Assembly (NCBI GenBank): GCA_965208105.1
Contig: OZ242318.1
Coordinates: forward strand, 608,001 to 672,000
Direction of reading: 5' to 3'
DNA: 64,000 nucleotides
DNA from: Candidatus Latescibacterota bacterium
GTDB taxonomy: Bacteria > Latescibacterota > UBA2968 > UBA8231
Shown here: piece by piece, positions 29,320-39,400 of the stretch
Numbering within the stretch: position 1 is the first letter of the stretch
Layout: each line of letters begins with the position of its first letter
Made by a program: the position numbers and the translations under genes
Notes under the pieces: model-generated
The model's input: the letters and a program-made list of their open reading frames with translations, nothing else
Told to the model about the DNA's origin: nothing
Databases searched by the model: none

Positions 29320-30752
29320 CCCCTGTGGGCGAGCGGCCGAACATCCTCTTCATCCTCACCGACCAGCAACGCTCCGACTGGCTCGCGCTGAACCGGGACA
29401 TCCCGGTGCGCACCCCCAACCTGGCGAAGCTGGCCGCCCGCGGCGTCCACTTCACCCGGGCCGTCTGCCCGTCTCCCATCTGCGCTCCGACCCGCGCCTG
29501 CCTGGCCTCGGGCAAGGAGTACGAGCGCTGCGGCGTCCTCGACAACAGGGAGCCCTATCCCCCCGGCCGGCAGACCTACCATCGCCGGCTGCGCGACGAG
29601 GCCGGCTACCACGTCATGGGTTGCGGCAAATTCCACGTGGGCAACAACACTCCGGCGCCCAACGTCTTTTCCTGGGGCCTGGAGGGAAATGCCCTGATCG
29701 ATGAATGGGGCTATTGCGACGCCCTGTTCAACGCCGGCAAGAACCAGGCCGCAATCATGGCCGCGCGCACGGGCGGACCCTGCGATCCGTACCTGTCCTA
29801 CCTGCAGCGGAAGGGCCTGATGCAGGACCACATCAGCGACTATGAACGGCGAAGCTGGGAATGGGAGGAAAGGCCGGAGATGTGGTCGTCGACCTTTCCC
29901 ACATCCCTGCCCGACGAGGCCTACTGCGACAACTGGATCACGCGCAACGGTTCCATGCTGCTTGACCGCGCCCCGGCCCGCAAGCCCTGGTACCTGGAGG
30001 TGAATCTGCAGAACCCCCATCACCCCTGGGACATCACCGAGGGCATGCACCGGCGCTACCGGGACCCGGAGGTCACCTTCCCCATGCCGGAGTACTGCGA
30101 TCTCGACCTGGACGAAGAGACCCACGCAGAGGTGCGGCGCAACTACGCCGCCATGGTCGAGCACCTGGACCAATGCCTGGGCCGCTTGGTGGCCAAACTG
30201 GAAGAGCGCGGCGAACTTGAGAGCACCCTGCTGGTGTTCGCCAGCGACCACGGAGAGATGCTGGGCGACTACGGCCAGTGGCAGAAGAAATCTCCGCTGC
30301 AGGCCTCGGTGGGAGTGCCGCTGGTAATCGCCGGACCGGGGGTTGCCCGGCGCGGTCCGTGCCATGCCCCTGCCACCATTGTGGACCTGCACGCCACCTT
30401 CATCGAGTGCGCCGGTCTGGCGCCGGCGCGCGACATGGACAGCCGATCCTTGGGGCCCTTCCTCTCCGGGGCGGCCGCGGACCATCGGGAGGCGGTCTTT
30501 TCCGCCCTGGGTCCCTGGCGCCTCGCCTTCGACGGCCGTTACAAGCTCATCGAGGGCTATGACCCCCGATTGAGGCGAGGCGGGTACGGTTGGGAGCCGC
30601 ATTCCCCTGGCAGGTCGGAAAGGAGGCGGCTGCAGCGACAACGCCCTCCCATTCTCTACGATGTGGAGGCCAACGAACGCGACAATGTGGCACTCGAACA
30701 TCCTGAGATCGTTGGCCGTCTGGCCCGCATGCTGGAGGAAAGAAGGTCTTAG
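29316..30752 (+). CDS. Sulfatase
   Basis: PNILFILTDQQR, CAPTRA (CxPxR), GKFH, SDHGEMLGD; TTG 29316 or GTG 29325 start. Confidence 0.92.
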   Translation: MTPVGERPNILFILTDQQRSDWLALNRDIPVRTPNLAKLAARGVHFTRAVCPSPICAPTRACLASGKEYERCGVLDNREPYPPGRQTYHRRLRDEAGYHVMGCGKFHVGNNTPAPNVFSWGLEGNALIDEWGYCDALFNAGKNQAAIMAARTGGPCDPYLSYLQRKGLMQDHISDYERRSWEWEERPEMWSSTFPTSLPDEAYCDNWITRNGSMLLDRAPARKPWYLEVNLQNPHHPWDITEGMHRRYRDPEVTFPMPEYCDLDLDEETHAEVRRNYAAMVEHLDQCLGRLVAKLEERGELESTLLVFASDHGEMLGDYGQWQKKSPLQASVGVPLVIAGPGVARRGPCHAPATIVDLHATFIECAGLAPARDMDSRSLGPFLSGAAADHREAVFSALGPWRLAFDGRYKLIEGYDPRLRRGGYGWEPHSPGRSERRRLQRQRPPILYDVEANERDNVALEHPEIVGRLARMLEERRS

Positions 30753-30794
30753 GCGCTGTCCGAGGGCCAGAACCCTGGTGGACAGGCCACGTAC

Positions 30795-31241
30795 CTACTT
30801 CTGCTCGCCCTGCGTGTAGAGTTTCTCGAAAGCGCTGACGGCTGCTTCGAGGTCGCCCACCACTTCGGCCACGGTGGTCTGCTTCGCTTTCATGGACAGG
30901 ACGATGATCCTGTGCAGGGCCGCCAGTTTCTGCCCGTAGTGCTCCTGTCCTTCCTTGATCCTCTGGGCCAGAAAGTAGTCGAGAGCCACCCCTTTGATGC
31001 GGTCCGCGTGGGTCTCCTTGTTGATCACCCAGCGCACCAACTGGTTGTAGTCGGGGTCCTCCGCCCGGGCCTCGGCGTCGATCATCGCCACCGATTTCTT
31101 CAAGGTCTCCACGTCCTCCATCATGGCCGCAAAGCGGGCGGCGTCTCCGTAGATCCCGCAGGGGATCTGACAGTGAGCCTGGACCTGGCAGGCAAAGGCG
31201 AAAATCAGCATGAGGCCGATCAGGACCGGTTTGGATTTCAC
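30795..31241 (-). CDS. sodN: Nickel superoxide dismutase precursor
   Basis: Ni-hook HCQIPCGIY after a signal peptide; NQLVRWVINKETHA; AAAGGAGA RBS before GTG 31241. Confidence 0.93.
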   Translation of the reverse strand: MKSKPVLIGLMLIFAFACQVQAHCQIPCGIYGDAARFAAMMEDVETLKKSVAMIDAEARAEDPDYNQLVRWVINKETHADRIKGVALDYFLAQRIKEGQEHYGQKLAALHRIIVLSMKAKQTTVAEVVGDLEAAVSAFEKLYTQGEQK

Positions 31242-31299
31242 TATGCCATCTCCTTTCTCGGATTGGTTTGCGCTCATTCATTCCGCGCCCTTGCGGGCG

Positions 31300-32895
31300 C
31301 TAGCTCCGCCGCAGGACCTGGCCGTTGCGCGTCCCGGTCAACTTCCCGTTCTCGAGTGCGACGGCGCCGTTGACCACCACGTGCACCATGCCGGCGGCGG
31401 TTCGGTTGGGTTCGAAGGTGGTTCCGCGCTCGGCAAATCTTTCCGGGTCGAAGACCGCCAGGTCGGCCCAGGCCCCCTCCCTGATGACGCCGCGGTCCCT
31501 CAAACCAAGGCGGGAGGCGGGCAGCCCGGTGATGCGGCGCACCGCCTCCTCGGTGGTGAAGGTGCCGAGATCGCGCACGAAGTGACGGAAAAACCAAGCA
31601 GCCCAGGTGTAGGCGCCGTGGAAGGACGATTCCCGCAGCGGACCGTCGGTGGCAAGGGCGGTGGCGTCGGAGCCGACCATGCAGCGGGGGTGCTCGAAGG
31701 CAGGGCGGATGTCCTCCTCCCGGTAGGCGAAGGCGACCACCATGATGCTGTGCAGATCGTCGATCTCGGCCAGCAGAACATCGTAGATGGCGTCGAGGGG
31801 ATCGAGGCCGCGGTCCTGGCTGATGGCGGCGATGCTCTGGCGCGCCAGTTGGGGCTGGGTCTTGCTCTGAAAGACGACGATGCGGCTCCAGTCGTCCCGG
31901 GCCAAGGCGGCGATGATGTTGGGGGATGCCTTCAACTCCCGCCGCACCGATGGGGATCGGAGGCGCGCGGCGATGGCGCTCCTGTCCCCTTCCAGTGCCC
32001 AGGGCGGCAGCACCGCGCTCAGATTGGTGGTGCCGAACAGCCGGGTGTGCATGTCGAAGTCCACCTCCTGCCCGCCCTCTCGAGCCCTGTCCACCTGCTC
32101 GAGGGCCTGCTCCACCGCCCAGCGTCCGTCCGCGGCGAGGCGCGCCACCACCGAGATGTGGGAGATCTGCAGCGGGACTCCGGCCGCGGCGCCGGCACGG
32201 ACCGCCTCTGCGATGGTCTCCCGCGCCTGGCCTTCGAGGTTGCGGGTGTGAGTGGCGTAAAATCCTCCCACTCGCGCTGCTTCCTTGCAGAGCTCGGCGA
32301 TCTCCTCCTCCGAGCAGGATCTTTCCGGGCCGTACTCCAGGCCGGTGGAAAAGCCGAAGGCACCCTCCTCCAGGCTCTGCGCCAGCAGCCGCTTCATCCG
32401 CGCCAGCTCGTCTGCGGTCGAGGGACGGTCCACCAGCCCGGCCACGGCCAACCGTAGGTTGCCGTTGGGCACCAGGGTGAGCACGTTGAGGGCCGGAGAT
32501 GAGCTCTCGAGGCGCTCCAGGTAGCCGGCCATGGTCTTCCAGTCCAGGGCGTGCTCCTGCCTGCACCCGTAAATGTTGGAACGCGCCAGCTCCACGTCGG
32601 CGATGGGGGCGCATCCGTGGCCGCAGTTGCCCACCACCTCCAGGGTCACGCCCTGGCTAATCGAGCTGACGGCGCGGGGATCGAGAATCAGGGTGAGGTC
32701 GGAGTGACTGTGAATATCGATGAATCCGGGGGCCACGAGCAGCCCGCCGGCCTCCAGGACGGGCACGTCGCCGCCGCACTTCACCGCCCCTACCGCGGCG
32801 ATGCGGCCGCGTTCCACGGCCACGTCGGCCGGGTACGGTCTGCCCCCGCTGCCATCGACGACCGTTCCCCCCCGGACCAGCAGATCGATGCCCAT
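31300..32895 (-). CDS. N-acyl-D-amino-acid deacylase (D-aminoacylase)
   Basis: PGFIDIHSHSD, GNCG, FSTGLEY, MVGSD, RGVIREGAWADL. Confidence 0.9.
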   Translation of the reverse strand: MGIDLLVRGGTVVDGSGGRPYPADVAVERGRIAAVGAVKCGGDVPVLEAGGLLVAPGFIDIHSHSDLTLILDPRAVSSISQGVTLEVVGNCGHGCAPIADVELARSNIYGCRQEHALDWKTMAGYLERLESSSPALNVLTLVPNGNLRLAVAGLVDRPSTADELARMKRLLAQSLEEGAFGFSTGLEYGPERSCSEEEIAELCKEAARVGGFYATHTRNLEGQARETIAEAVRAGAAAGVPLQISHISVVARLAADGRWAVEQALEQVDRAREGGQEVDFDMHTRLFGTTNLSAVLPPWALEGDRSAIAARLRSPSVRRELKASPNIIAALARDDWSRIVVFQSKTQPQLARQSIAAISQDRGLDPLDAIYDVLLAEIDDLHSIMVVAFAYREEDIRPAFEHPRCMVGSDATALATDGPLRESSFHGAYTWAAWFFRHFVRDLGTFTTEEAVRRITGLPASRLGLRDRGVIREGAWADLAVFDPERFAERGTTFEPNRTAAGMVHVVVNGAVALENGKLTGTRNGQVLRRS

Positions 32896-32897
32896 GC

Positions 32898-33065
32898 CTA
32901 GTCTCCCGGCGCAGAGACAGGTTGACGCAATTGGGCCGCCGAGGCGCCAGGCTCACAAGGCGCCTGAGCGAGTCGTACCCGTGGTGTCCGGCGAGTGAAG
33001 GCAACGCCGTGAGCCGGGATGGATCGGTGGAATAATGGCGACATATTTCTGTGACGGGACACTTA
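32898..33065. mobile_element. MITE copy B, type 1 ends
   Basis: Same orientation and near-identical to 5261..5428; ends CTAGTCTCCC...GGGACACTTA. Confidence 0.9.
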
Positions 33066-34802
33066 GCCCTCCCCCTGCATCCTGTGGCGCCGCCGCAACG
33101 CCGCGGTGGCTTCCTGGTCCACCTCCATGGTCTCCTCGTCGAGCACCACCCCGTACTGGCCGCGCGCCGCCTGCAGCCCCACCTTGTCGTTGCGCACGTC
33201 CCGCGCCACTGCCTCCGGGGCGCGGTCCAGCGGATCCCCCCACCCCCCTGCGCCCGCCTGCCGGTGGTAGAGCACCTGCCCCTCCTTCATGGTGGTGGAG
33301 ATCATGACGGGCAGCCTCCTCTCCCCGTCCCTATCGTGCAACACGTTGATCGAACCAGCTCCTTCCCCACCGCCGTATAGTCCGTAGGGGAGGTGCTTTC
33401 TGCGGTCCGAGCGGATGGCCAGATGGGTCTCGCCCGCAAGCAGGGTCCACTCGCGCTCCAATCCCAGGCCGCCGCGGAATTTGCCCGCACCGCCGCTGTC
33501 CTTAACCAGGCCATAGCGGTTGATGCGCACCGGGTACTCGGACTCTGCCTGCTCGATGGGGATGTTGCTGGCCACGTTGGCCGGGTTGCACAGCCCGTCG
33601 TTGCCGTCGCGGTCGGGCCGCGCTCCCCATGTGCCCGAAAGCAGCTCGTAGTAGACGTAGGGGGAGCGGTCCTCGCGCTGACCGCCGATGACCACCAGGG
33701 TATTGCCCCCTTCCCCGGCGGCCGGAATGCGCTCGGGCAGAATTCCGGCCAGGGCACCGAACAAGGTATCCACCAGCCTGAAACCGGTGACCCCTCGCAT
33801 TGAAGAGGCGCCGGGCATGACCACGTTGGTCACCGTGCCCGGGGGTGCGATGATGTTGAGGGGCTTGAACATGCCGGCCGTATTGGGGATGTCCTCGCGC
33901 AGGGCGCAACGCACGCACAGGGCCACCGCCGACACCGTGAAGGAACGCGTGCAGTTGAGCGCGCCGCGGACCTGGGCGTCCGAGCCGGTGAAATCGGCGG
34001 TCAGAGTGTCGCCTTCGACGGTCACCTTCACCTGCAGGCGCACCCTCGTTTCGTCCACCCCGTCGCTGTCCATGTAGTCGGTGAAGCTGTGGGAGCCGTC
34101 TGGCCACGAAGCGATCTCGGCGCGCATCAGACGCTCGGTATAGGCGATCAGATCGGCGGAACACTCCACGAAGGTCCGGGCTCCATAGCGCCCGATCAAC
34201 TGGTGGACCGCGTCCTCGCCCACGTTGCAGGCCGCCACCTGGGCGCGCAGGTCTCCCAGGGTCATGCGCGGAACCCGCACGTTTGCGCGCAGCAGGGTGT
34301 CGATGGCCTCGTCCAGCTCGCCTCGGCGATAGAGCTTCAACCAGGGAATGCGCAAACCATCCTGGAAGACCTCCGTGTTGTCGCACGCGGAGCTTCCGGG
34401 CAGGCGTCCGCCCAGATCGAGGTGGTGAGCCGTGCTCACCGCGAAGGCGACCCGCTCTCCCTCCCAGAACACCGGCTTGACGATGAAGATATCGGGAATG
34501 TGCATGCCCCCGTCGAAGGGATCGTTCATGATGAAGACGTCTCCGGGCTCGATATCCCCATCATCGAATTTCTTCAGCAGGGTCTCCATCGCCGCGGGCA
34601 CCGACCCCATGTGGAAGGGAATGGTGACTCCCTGGGCGATCATCTCCCCGCGGCCGTCGCACAGGGAGGTGGAGTAGTCGAGGCAATCGCGCACGATGGT
34701 CGAGTAGGCGGTGCGGTAGAGGGCCAGGGACATCTGGTCGGCCGCGGCCGACAGGGCGTTGCGGATGATCTCGCGGCTGATGGGATCGATTTCAGACATC
34801 AT
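33063..34802 (-). CDS. Hydantoinase B / oxoprolinase family
   Basis: RTAYSTIVRDCLD, NDPFDGGMHIPD, DSGGAGKFRGG, GAGGWGDP. Confidence 0.93.
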   Translation of the reverse strand: MMSEIDPISREIIRNALSAAADQMSLALYRTAYSTIVRDCLDYSTSLCDGRGEMIAQGVTIPFHMGSVPAAMETLLKKFDDGDIEPGDVFIMNDPFDGGMHIPDIFIVKPVFWEGERVAFAVSTAHHLDLGGRLPGSSACDNTEVFQDGLRIPWLKLYRRGELDEAIDTLLRANVRVPRMTLGDLRAQVAACNVGEDAVHQLIGRYGARTFVECSADLIAYTERLMRAEIASWPDGSHSFTDYMDSDGVDETRVRLQVKVTVEGDTLTADFTGSDAQVRGALNCTRSFTVSAVALCVRCALREDIPNTAGMFKPLNIIAPPGTVTNVVMPGASSMRGVTGFRLVDTLFGALAGILPERIPAAGEGGNTLVVIGGQREDRSPYVYYELLSGTWGARPDRDGNDGLCNPANVASNIPIEQAESEYPVRINRYGLVKDSGGAGKFRGGLGLEREWTLLAGETHLAIRSDRRKHLPYGLYGGGEGAGSINVLHDRDGERRLPVMISTTMKEGQVLYHRQAGAGGWGDPLDRAPEAVARDVRNDKVGLQAARGQYGVVLDEETMEVDQEATAALRRRHRMQGEG

Positions 34803-36885
34803 TAAGGTCCATTACGATGTTGCCATGTTGGTCGAGGCTGGCGCGCACTCGGGGAGGGACCACGATGGTCGAGTCGTACTCGTCGATGAGGACCGGTCCG
34901 TCCTGAGGCCGGTGCAGAGCGCTGCGCTCAAGAACGGGTGCATCGATGCGGTCCCCGTCGAAGTAGGCCTGCCGCTTCGGTTCATTCTGCCCCGGACGGA
35001 CCGCCGGCTTGAGGGCTTGTTCCTGCCCGCGCGCTCCCGCCCTGCCCACCAAACGGACGGCCACCACCTCGATGGGATTCTCCGCATCGGAGCGGTGGCC
35101 ATAGAGCTGCTCGTGCTCCGCTTCGAAGGATCCGCACAGCGCTACAACGGTTCCTGCATCGACGCGGCCACCCTCCAGGGGAATGCGGATCTCCGAGGTC
35201 TGCCCCTTGAAGCGCACATCGAAGCTGCAGCCCATCTCGACCTGCCCGGCCCCGTACCCTTCGCCGGCGAACTGCGCCAGCATGTCCTTCTCCATTTCGG
35301 CGCGGATGCGCTGCAAGGCTTCAGCCCTGAGGTCGTCGCCGGAAAGCAGGCAACTGCGCACCTGGTGGTGCTCGATGCCGGAAAACAGGAGTCCCAGGGC
35401 GCTGAAAAGGCCGGGCAGTGGGGGCACTATCACCCGGGACACCGAGAGCTCGCGAGCCAATCCCGCGGCGTGAATCGGACCCGAGCCGCCGAAGGCCAGG
35501 AGCGCGAAATCCCGCGGATCCCGCCCGCGCTCGGTGGACACCGAGCGCAGCGCCCGCATGGTGCGCGCGTTGCCGATGCGGTGAATCCCCGCCGCCGCCT
35601 GCATCAACTCGAGATTCAGGGGGGCGGCGATTCCACCGGCGACGGCGCTTTCGGCGGCATTCCTGTCGATGCTGACCTCGCCGTCGGCCAGGTCTCCGGG
35701 ACGGATATAGCCAAGGACCACGTTGGCGTCGGTGATGGTGGGTTCGCTGCCTCCGCGCTGATAGCATACCGGCCCCGGCAGGGCCCCGGCGCTGCGCGGT
35801 CCGACGCGAAGTCCGCCTGCACGGTCAAGGTAGGCGATGCTGCCCCCGCCGGCGCCGACCTCGGCGATGTCGATGCTCGGCGCCCGGATCAACTCACCGC
35901 CCCCTCCCACCAGGCGGGTCACCGACGACAGGGAGGCTCCCACCTCGTATTCCGGGCTGTAGTCGATGGCTCCGCCCTCGATCATCGCCGCCTTGGCGGT
36001 GGTGCCCCCCATGTCCAGGGTGATGACGTTTTCGATTCCCAGGCGTTCGGCGCAGAACGCGGCGGCCAGGACTCCCGCCGCCGGCCCGGATTCCAGCATG
36101 AATACCGGGCGCCGGGCGGCGTCCTCGTCCGGGGTCAGGCCCCCGGCCGACTGCATGATCAGCAGCGGCGCCTCGACCTCCATGGCCCGCAGGCCGTCGC
36201 GCATGGCGCGCAGGTAGCCGCGCATGATGGGACGCACGTAGGCATTGACGACGGTAGTCGCGGTGCGCTCGTACTCCCTGCGCTCCGGCAGCACTTCGCA
36301 TGACAGGGAGACAGGAAGGTGCGGCATCCTCCCGCGGAGAAACTCGCCGACGGCCAACTCGTGCCGGGGAAAGGCATAGGCGTGGAGGAAGCAGACGGCT
36401 ACGGACTCCACCCTTTCCTCTTCAAGTCTTCCTGCCAGGTGGCGCAACTGCTCCTCGTCCAGGGGAACGAGGACCTCGCCGGCGGCGCTTATGCGCTCGT
36501 CGACCTCGAAACGCAGAGAGCGCTCGACGAGGATTTCGGGCTTGTCGAAGAACAGGTCGTAGATCTGGGGCGCGCGGATGCGGCGCAACTCGAGCACGTC
36601 GCGGAACCCCCGGGTGGTGATCAACGCGGTCCTCGCCCCCTGGTGCTCCAGCACCGCGTTCGTCGCCACCGTGGTTCCGTGGGCAACCTCGCAAACCGCC
36701 GAGCCGTCCACCGCGGCCCTTTGCAGCAGTCCCGCGCTGGCCTGCAGAACGGCCTGCTCGAAGTCGGGAGGAGTCGAAGGGACCTTGTGGGTCCAGATAT
36801 TCCCCTGGTCGTCGAGGAGGACGACATCGGTGAATGTGCCTCCTACGTCGGCGCCGAGGCGCATGTTTCTGCGAGCGGCGGTCAA
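34792..36885 (-). CDS. Hydantoinase A / oxoprolinase family
   Basis: DVGGTFTD, HGTTVATN, ESGPAAG, DMGGTT, GAGGGSIA. Confidence 0.94.
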   Translation of the reverse strand: MTAARRNMRLGADVGGTFTDVVLLDDQGNIWTHKVPSTPPDFEQAVLQASAGLLQRAAVDGSAVCEVAHGTTVATNAVLEHQGARTALITTRGFRDVLELRRIRAPQIYDLFFDKPEILVERSLRFEVDERISAAGEVLVPLDEEQLRHLAGRLEEERVESVAVCFLHAYAFPRHELAVGEFLRGRMPHLPVSLSCEVLPERREYERTATTVVNAYVRPIMRGYLRAMRDGLRAMEVEAPLLIMQSAGGLTPDEDAARRPVFMLESGPAAGVLAAAFCAERLGIENVITLDMGGTTAKAAMIEGGAIDYSPEYEVGASLSSVTRLVGGGGELIRAPSIDIAEVGAGGGSIAYLDRAGGLRVGPRSAGALPGPVCYQRGGSEPTITDANVVLGYIRPGDLADGEVSIDRNAAESAVAGGIAAPLNLELMQAAAGIHRIGNARTMRALRSVSTERGRDPRDFALLAFGGSGPIHAAGLARELSVSRVIVPPLPGLFSALGLLFSGIEHHQVRSCLLSGDDLRAEALQRIRAEMEKDMLAQFAGEGYGAGQVEMGCSFDVRFKGQTSEIRIPLEGGRVDAGTVVALCGSFEAEHEQLYGHRSDAENPIEVVAVRLVGRAGARGQEQALKPAVRPGQNEPKRQAYFDGDRIDAPVLERSALHRPQDGPVLIDEYDSTIVVPPRVRASLDQHGNIVMDLNDV

Positions 36886-36918
36886 TGCTGAAAGTTCGTC
36901 AAGGTTGGATTTGGCCTT

Positions 36919-38481
36919 TCAGTCAAGCGGATCGAAGAAGGTCAGATCGGCGCCGAAGTTGTCCATGCAAACCACCGCGTCGCCCCGCATCCTCACCCGG
37001 ATCGACCTGCTGCGGTGCTCGAGGACGAGTTCCTCCCCGGCAAGGGGGAAGTCGAAGGTCAGAGTGCGGTTGAGAGGCGGCCGGGAAATGAAAAGATAGC
37101 CGCCGGTTTGTAGCGGCTTCTCTGCCTTCCCTTCCACCTCGACCTGTTGTGGATCGGCCCATGCCGGCAGGCGCACGAAGAGCGGACCGGGCCGCTTCAC
37201 CCGGATGCCCAGAGCCGGATGGGTGTAGGGAGACTCGATTTCAAGGTCTTCGGTCTCGTGGTCGAAGAACAGGTTTGCCCAATGGCCCGCCTCGTCGCTG
37301 CGCGCCACTTCCCCGTAGGCGGCGCACAGGGACCCCACCGCTCCGCCGACGATGTCCATGTTGAAGCTCAGGGACTCGAGGCCCGCGGGCTGGTGCCCGT
37401 AGGGGGCAGGAAAGCCGTAGGCCCCCAGGTGGCGCTGCGCCACGTCGCGCCTGCCGTCCTCGCCGCGGGGATTGGGCGGGTCCTCGATGAAGGCGGTGTC
37501 GCGCAACTGGGACGGCAGCAGATGCCCGCGCAGAATGCGCTCCGCATCCTGGTAATACTCCGGGTAGCCCCATCGCCCAAGGATCAGCGCCGTTTCCACG
37601 ATGTCGCCGCTGTTGTTTGCCTCGCCCTTGTCCGGGTTGCTCGAGTCCCCGCTGTCTTCCACCACCCAGCCCAACTGGTCGCGGATTTCCCACAACCCCT
37701 TGTCGTAAAAGGCCCGCACCCGCTCCAGCAGGCACCCGTCCCCGGTCAGATCGGCCAATTGCGCCAGCGACGACATGACGCAGGTGGTGGAATGGGTGTG
37801 GGTGCCGAACGACTCCGGGTCATAGCCGCCGTCCTCCCTGAAATACTCCAGGGCCTTTTCCTTGAGCACCAGGGCCAGCTCCAGGGCGGACTCGAGCCCG
37901 GTGGTCCTGTATAGTTTCACCAGGGGGCCTATGGCGCGCCCCAGGCCGGAGATGAAGCCCGAGCGGCGCACCTCCAGCCCAGGCTTCCCCTGCAGGCGAG
38001 CGCAATCCCATCCCTTCTCGGCATCCCAGTACTCGAAGATGGCGGCGATGGAGGCGGCGGCCAGGTCGATTGCCCGCTCCGAGCCGCGCATGGCCGCCAG
38101 GGAGTAGAGCGCGTGGAAACCCTCGCGCACGTTGTGCGGGATGAAATTGACCAGGGCGCCTCCCGGAGCGGCGCGATTGAGGGGCAAAGGCAGCGGTCCG
38201 CCGTAGGAGAAGAAAGCGGCGCGGGCGTGCTTGTCGATGCAGTCCTCGTCCAGGCGGACGCCGGCGGCAGCCTCGGCGTTGAGCAGGGCGTTGAGGTGGC
38301 GGCCGGGGACATGGGACTCGGAGTGGACCGGGCTGAAATTCAGGCAGGCATCGGGCCTGACGCGGGAGCCGAAAAAGGGAACGTCCCCGTCGTCGGCGTT
38401 GAAGACGCTGCCCATGGTGCGGCATCCCAGCCGGATGGCCGCGAGGATGTCGGTGGTGTTGACGTGGCGCAGCTTGCTCAT
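36919..38481 (-). CDS. Hypothetical protein, possibly GH127-like (alpha/alpha) barrel
   Basis: HTHS motif, AERILRGHLLPSQ, C-terminal ESPY..VRLPAWA region resembling GH127. Confidence 0.5.
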   Translation of the reverse strand: MSKLRHVNTTDILAAIRLGCRTMGSVFNADDGDVPFFGSRVRPDACLNFSPVHSESHVPGRHLNALLNAEAAAGVRLDEDCIDKHARAAFFSYGGPLPLPLNRAAPGGALVNFIPHNVREGFHALYSLAAMRGSERAIDLAAASIAAIFEYWDAEKGWDCARLQGKPGLEVRRSGFISGLGRAIGPLVKLYRTTGLESALELALVLKEKALEYFREDGGYDPESFGTHTHSTTCVMSSLAQLADLTGDGCLLERVRAFYDKGLWEIRDQLGWVVEDSGDSSNPDKGEANNSGDIVETALILGRWGYPEYYQDAERILRGHLLPSQLRDTAFIEDPPNPRGEDGRRDVAQRHLGAYGFPAPYGHQPAGLESLSFNMDIVGGAVGSLCAAYGEVARSDEAGHWANLFFDHETEDLEIESPYTHPALGIRVKRPGPLFVRLPAWADPQQVEVEGKAEKPLQTGGYLFISRPPLNRTLTFDFPLAGEELVLEHRSRSIRVRMRGDAVVCMDNFGADLTFFDPLD

Positions 38482-38502
38482 CGTGCTTCCCGGATCGCGT
38501 TC

Positions 38503-39396
38503 TCAGCTCGGCGGCGCATCGTGGGCCCGCCTGGCGGACAGGATGGTGTTGTGAAGCAGCATGGCAATGGTCATGGGACCCACGCCTCCCGGAACCGGGG
38601 TGATGGCGCCGGCCTTCCGGCGCACTTCCTCGTAGTCCACGTCGCCGACGATGCGCCAGCCGCGCTCCCGTCCGGGGTCATCGAGGCGGTTGACCCCAAC
38701 GTCTATCACCACCGCCCCTTCCTTGACCATATCCGCACTGATGGCGCGGGGCCGGCCGGCAGCGACGACGAGAATATCGGCCTGGCTGGTGAAGTGTTTC
38801 AGGTTCCGGGTGGCGGTATGGCACACGGTGACCGTCGCGTTTGCTCCGGCGCTTTTCTGCAGCAGGATATTGGCCAGAGGCCGTCCCACCAGAATGCTGC
38901 GCCCGACGACGACCACGTGCCTGCCCTCCACGTCGATGCCGCTGCGCTGAATGAGCTGCTGCACGCCGAAGGGGGTGCAGGGCAGAAACCCCTCTTCCTG
39001 CCGCATCAGGCGCCCCAGGTTGACCGGGTGCAGGCCGTCCACGTCCTTGTCGGGGTCCACCGCGTTCAGTATCCGGCCTTCGTCCAGGCCGGGAAGAGGA
39101 ACCTGAACCAGGATGCCGTGGATGGAAGCATCTCCGTTGAGATCCTCGACCGCGCCGAGCAACTCGCCCTCTGGAATCCCGGCGGCGAACCTGCGTTCCT
39201 GCGAGTGGATTCCCACCTCCCTGCAGGCCCGCCGCTTGCCGGCAACGTAAGAGGCGGAAGCCGGGTCATCCCCGACCAGCACCACGGCGAGACCGGGCAC
39301 GACGCCGTGCTCTTTTCCCAGGTTCTCCACCTCGGCCTTCATCTCCCGGCGCATCTGCGCCGCCACCTTCTTCCCGCTCAGCCTCCTTGCCGCCAA
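38503..39396 (-). CDS. folD: Methylenetetrahydrofolate dehydrogenase/cyclohydrolase
   Basis: KDVDGLHP, PCTP, GRSILVGRP, TPVPGGVGPMT; TTG start at 39396. Confidence 0.96.
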   Translation of the reverse strand: MAARRLSGKKVAAQMRREMKAEVENLGKEHGVVPGLAVVLVGDDPASASYVAGKRRACREVGIHSQERRFAAGIPEGELLGAVEDLNGDASIHGILVQVPLPGLDEGRILNAVDPDKDVDGLHPVNLGRLMRQEEGFLPCTPFGVQQLIQRSGIDVEGRHVVVVGRSILVGRPLANILLQKSAGANATVTVCHTATRNLKHFTSQADILVVAAGRPRAISADMVKEGAVVIDVGVNRLDDPGRERGWRIVGDVDYEEVRRKAGAITPVPGGVGPMTIAMLLHNTILSARRAHDAPPS

Positions 39397-39400
39397 CGCC

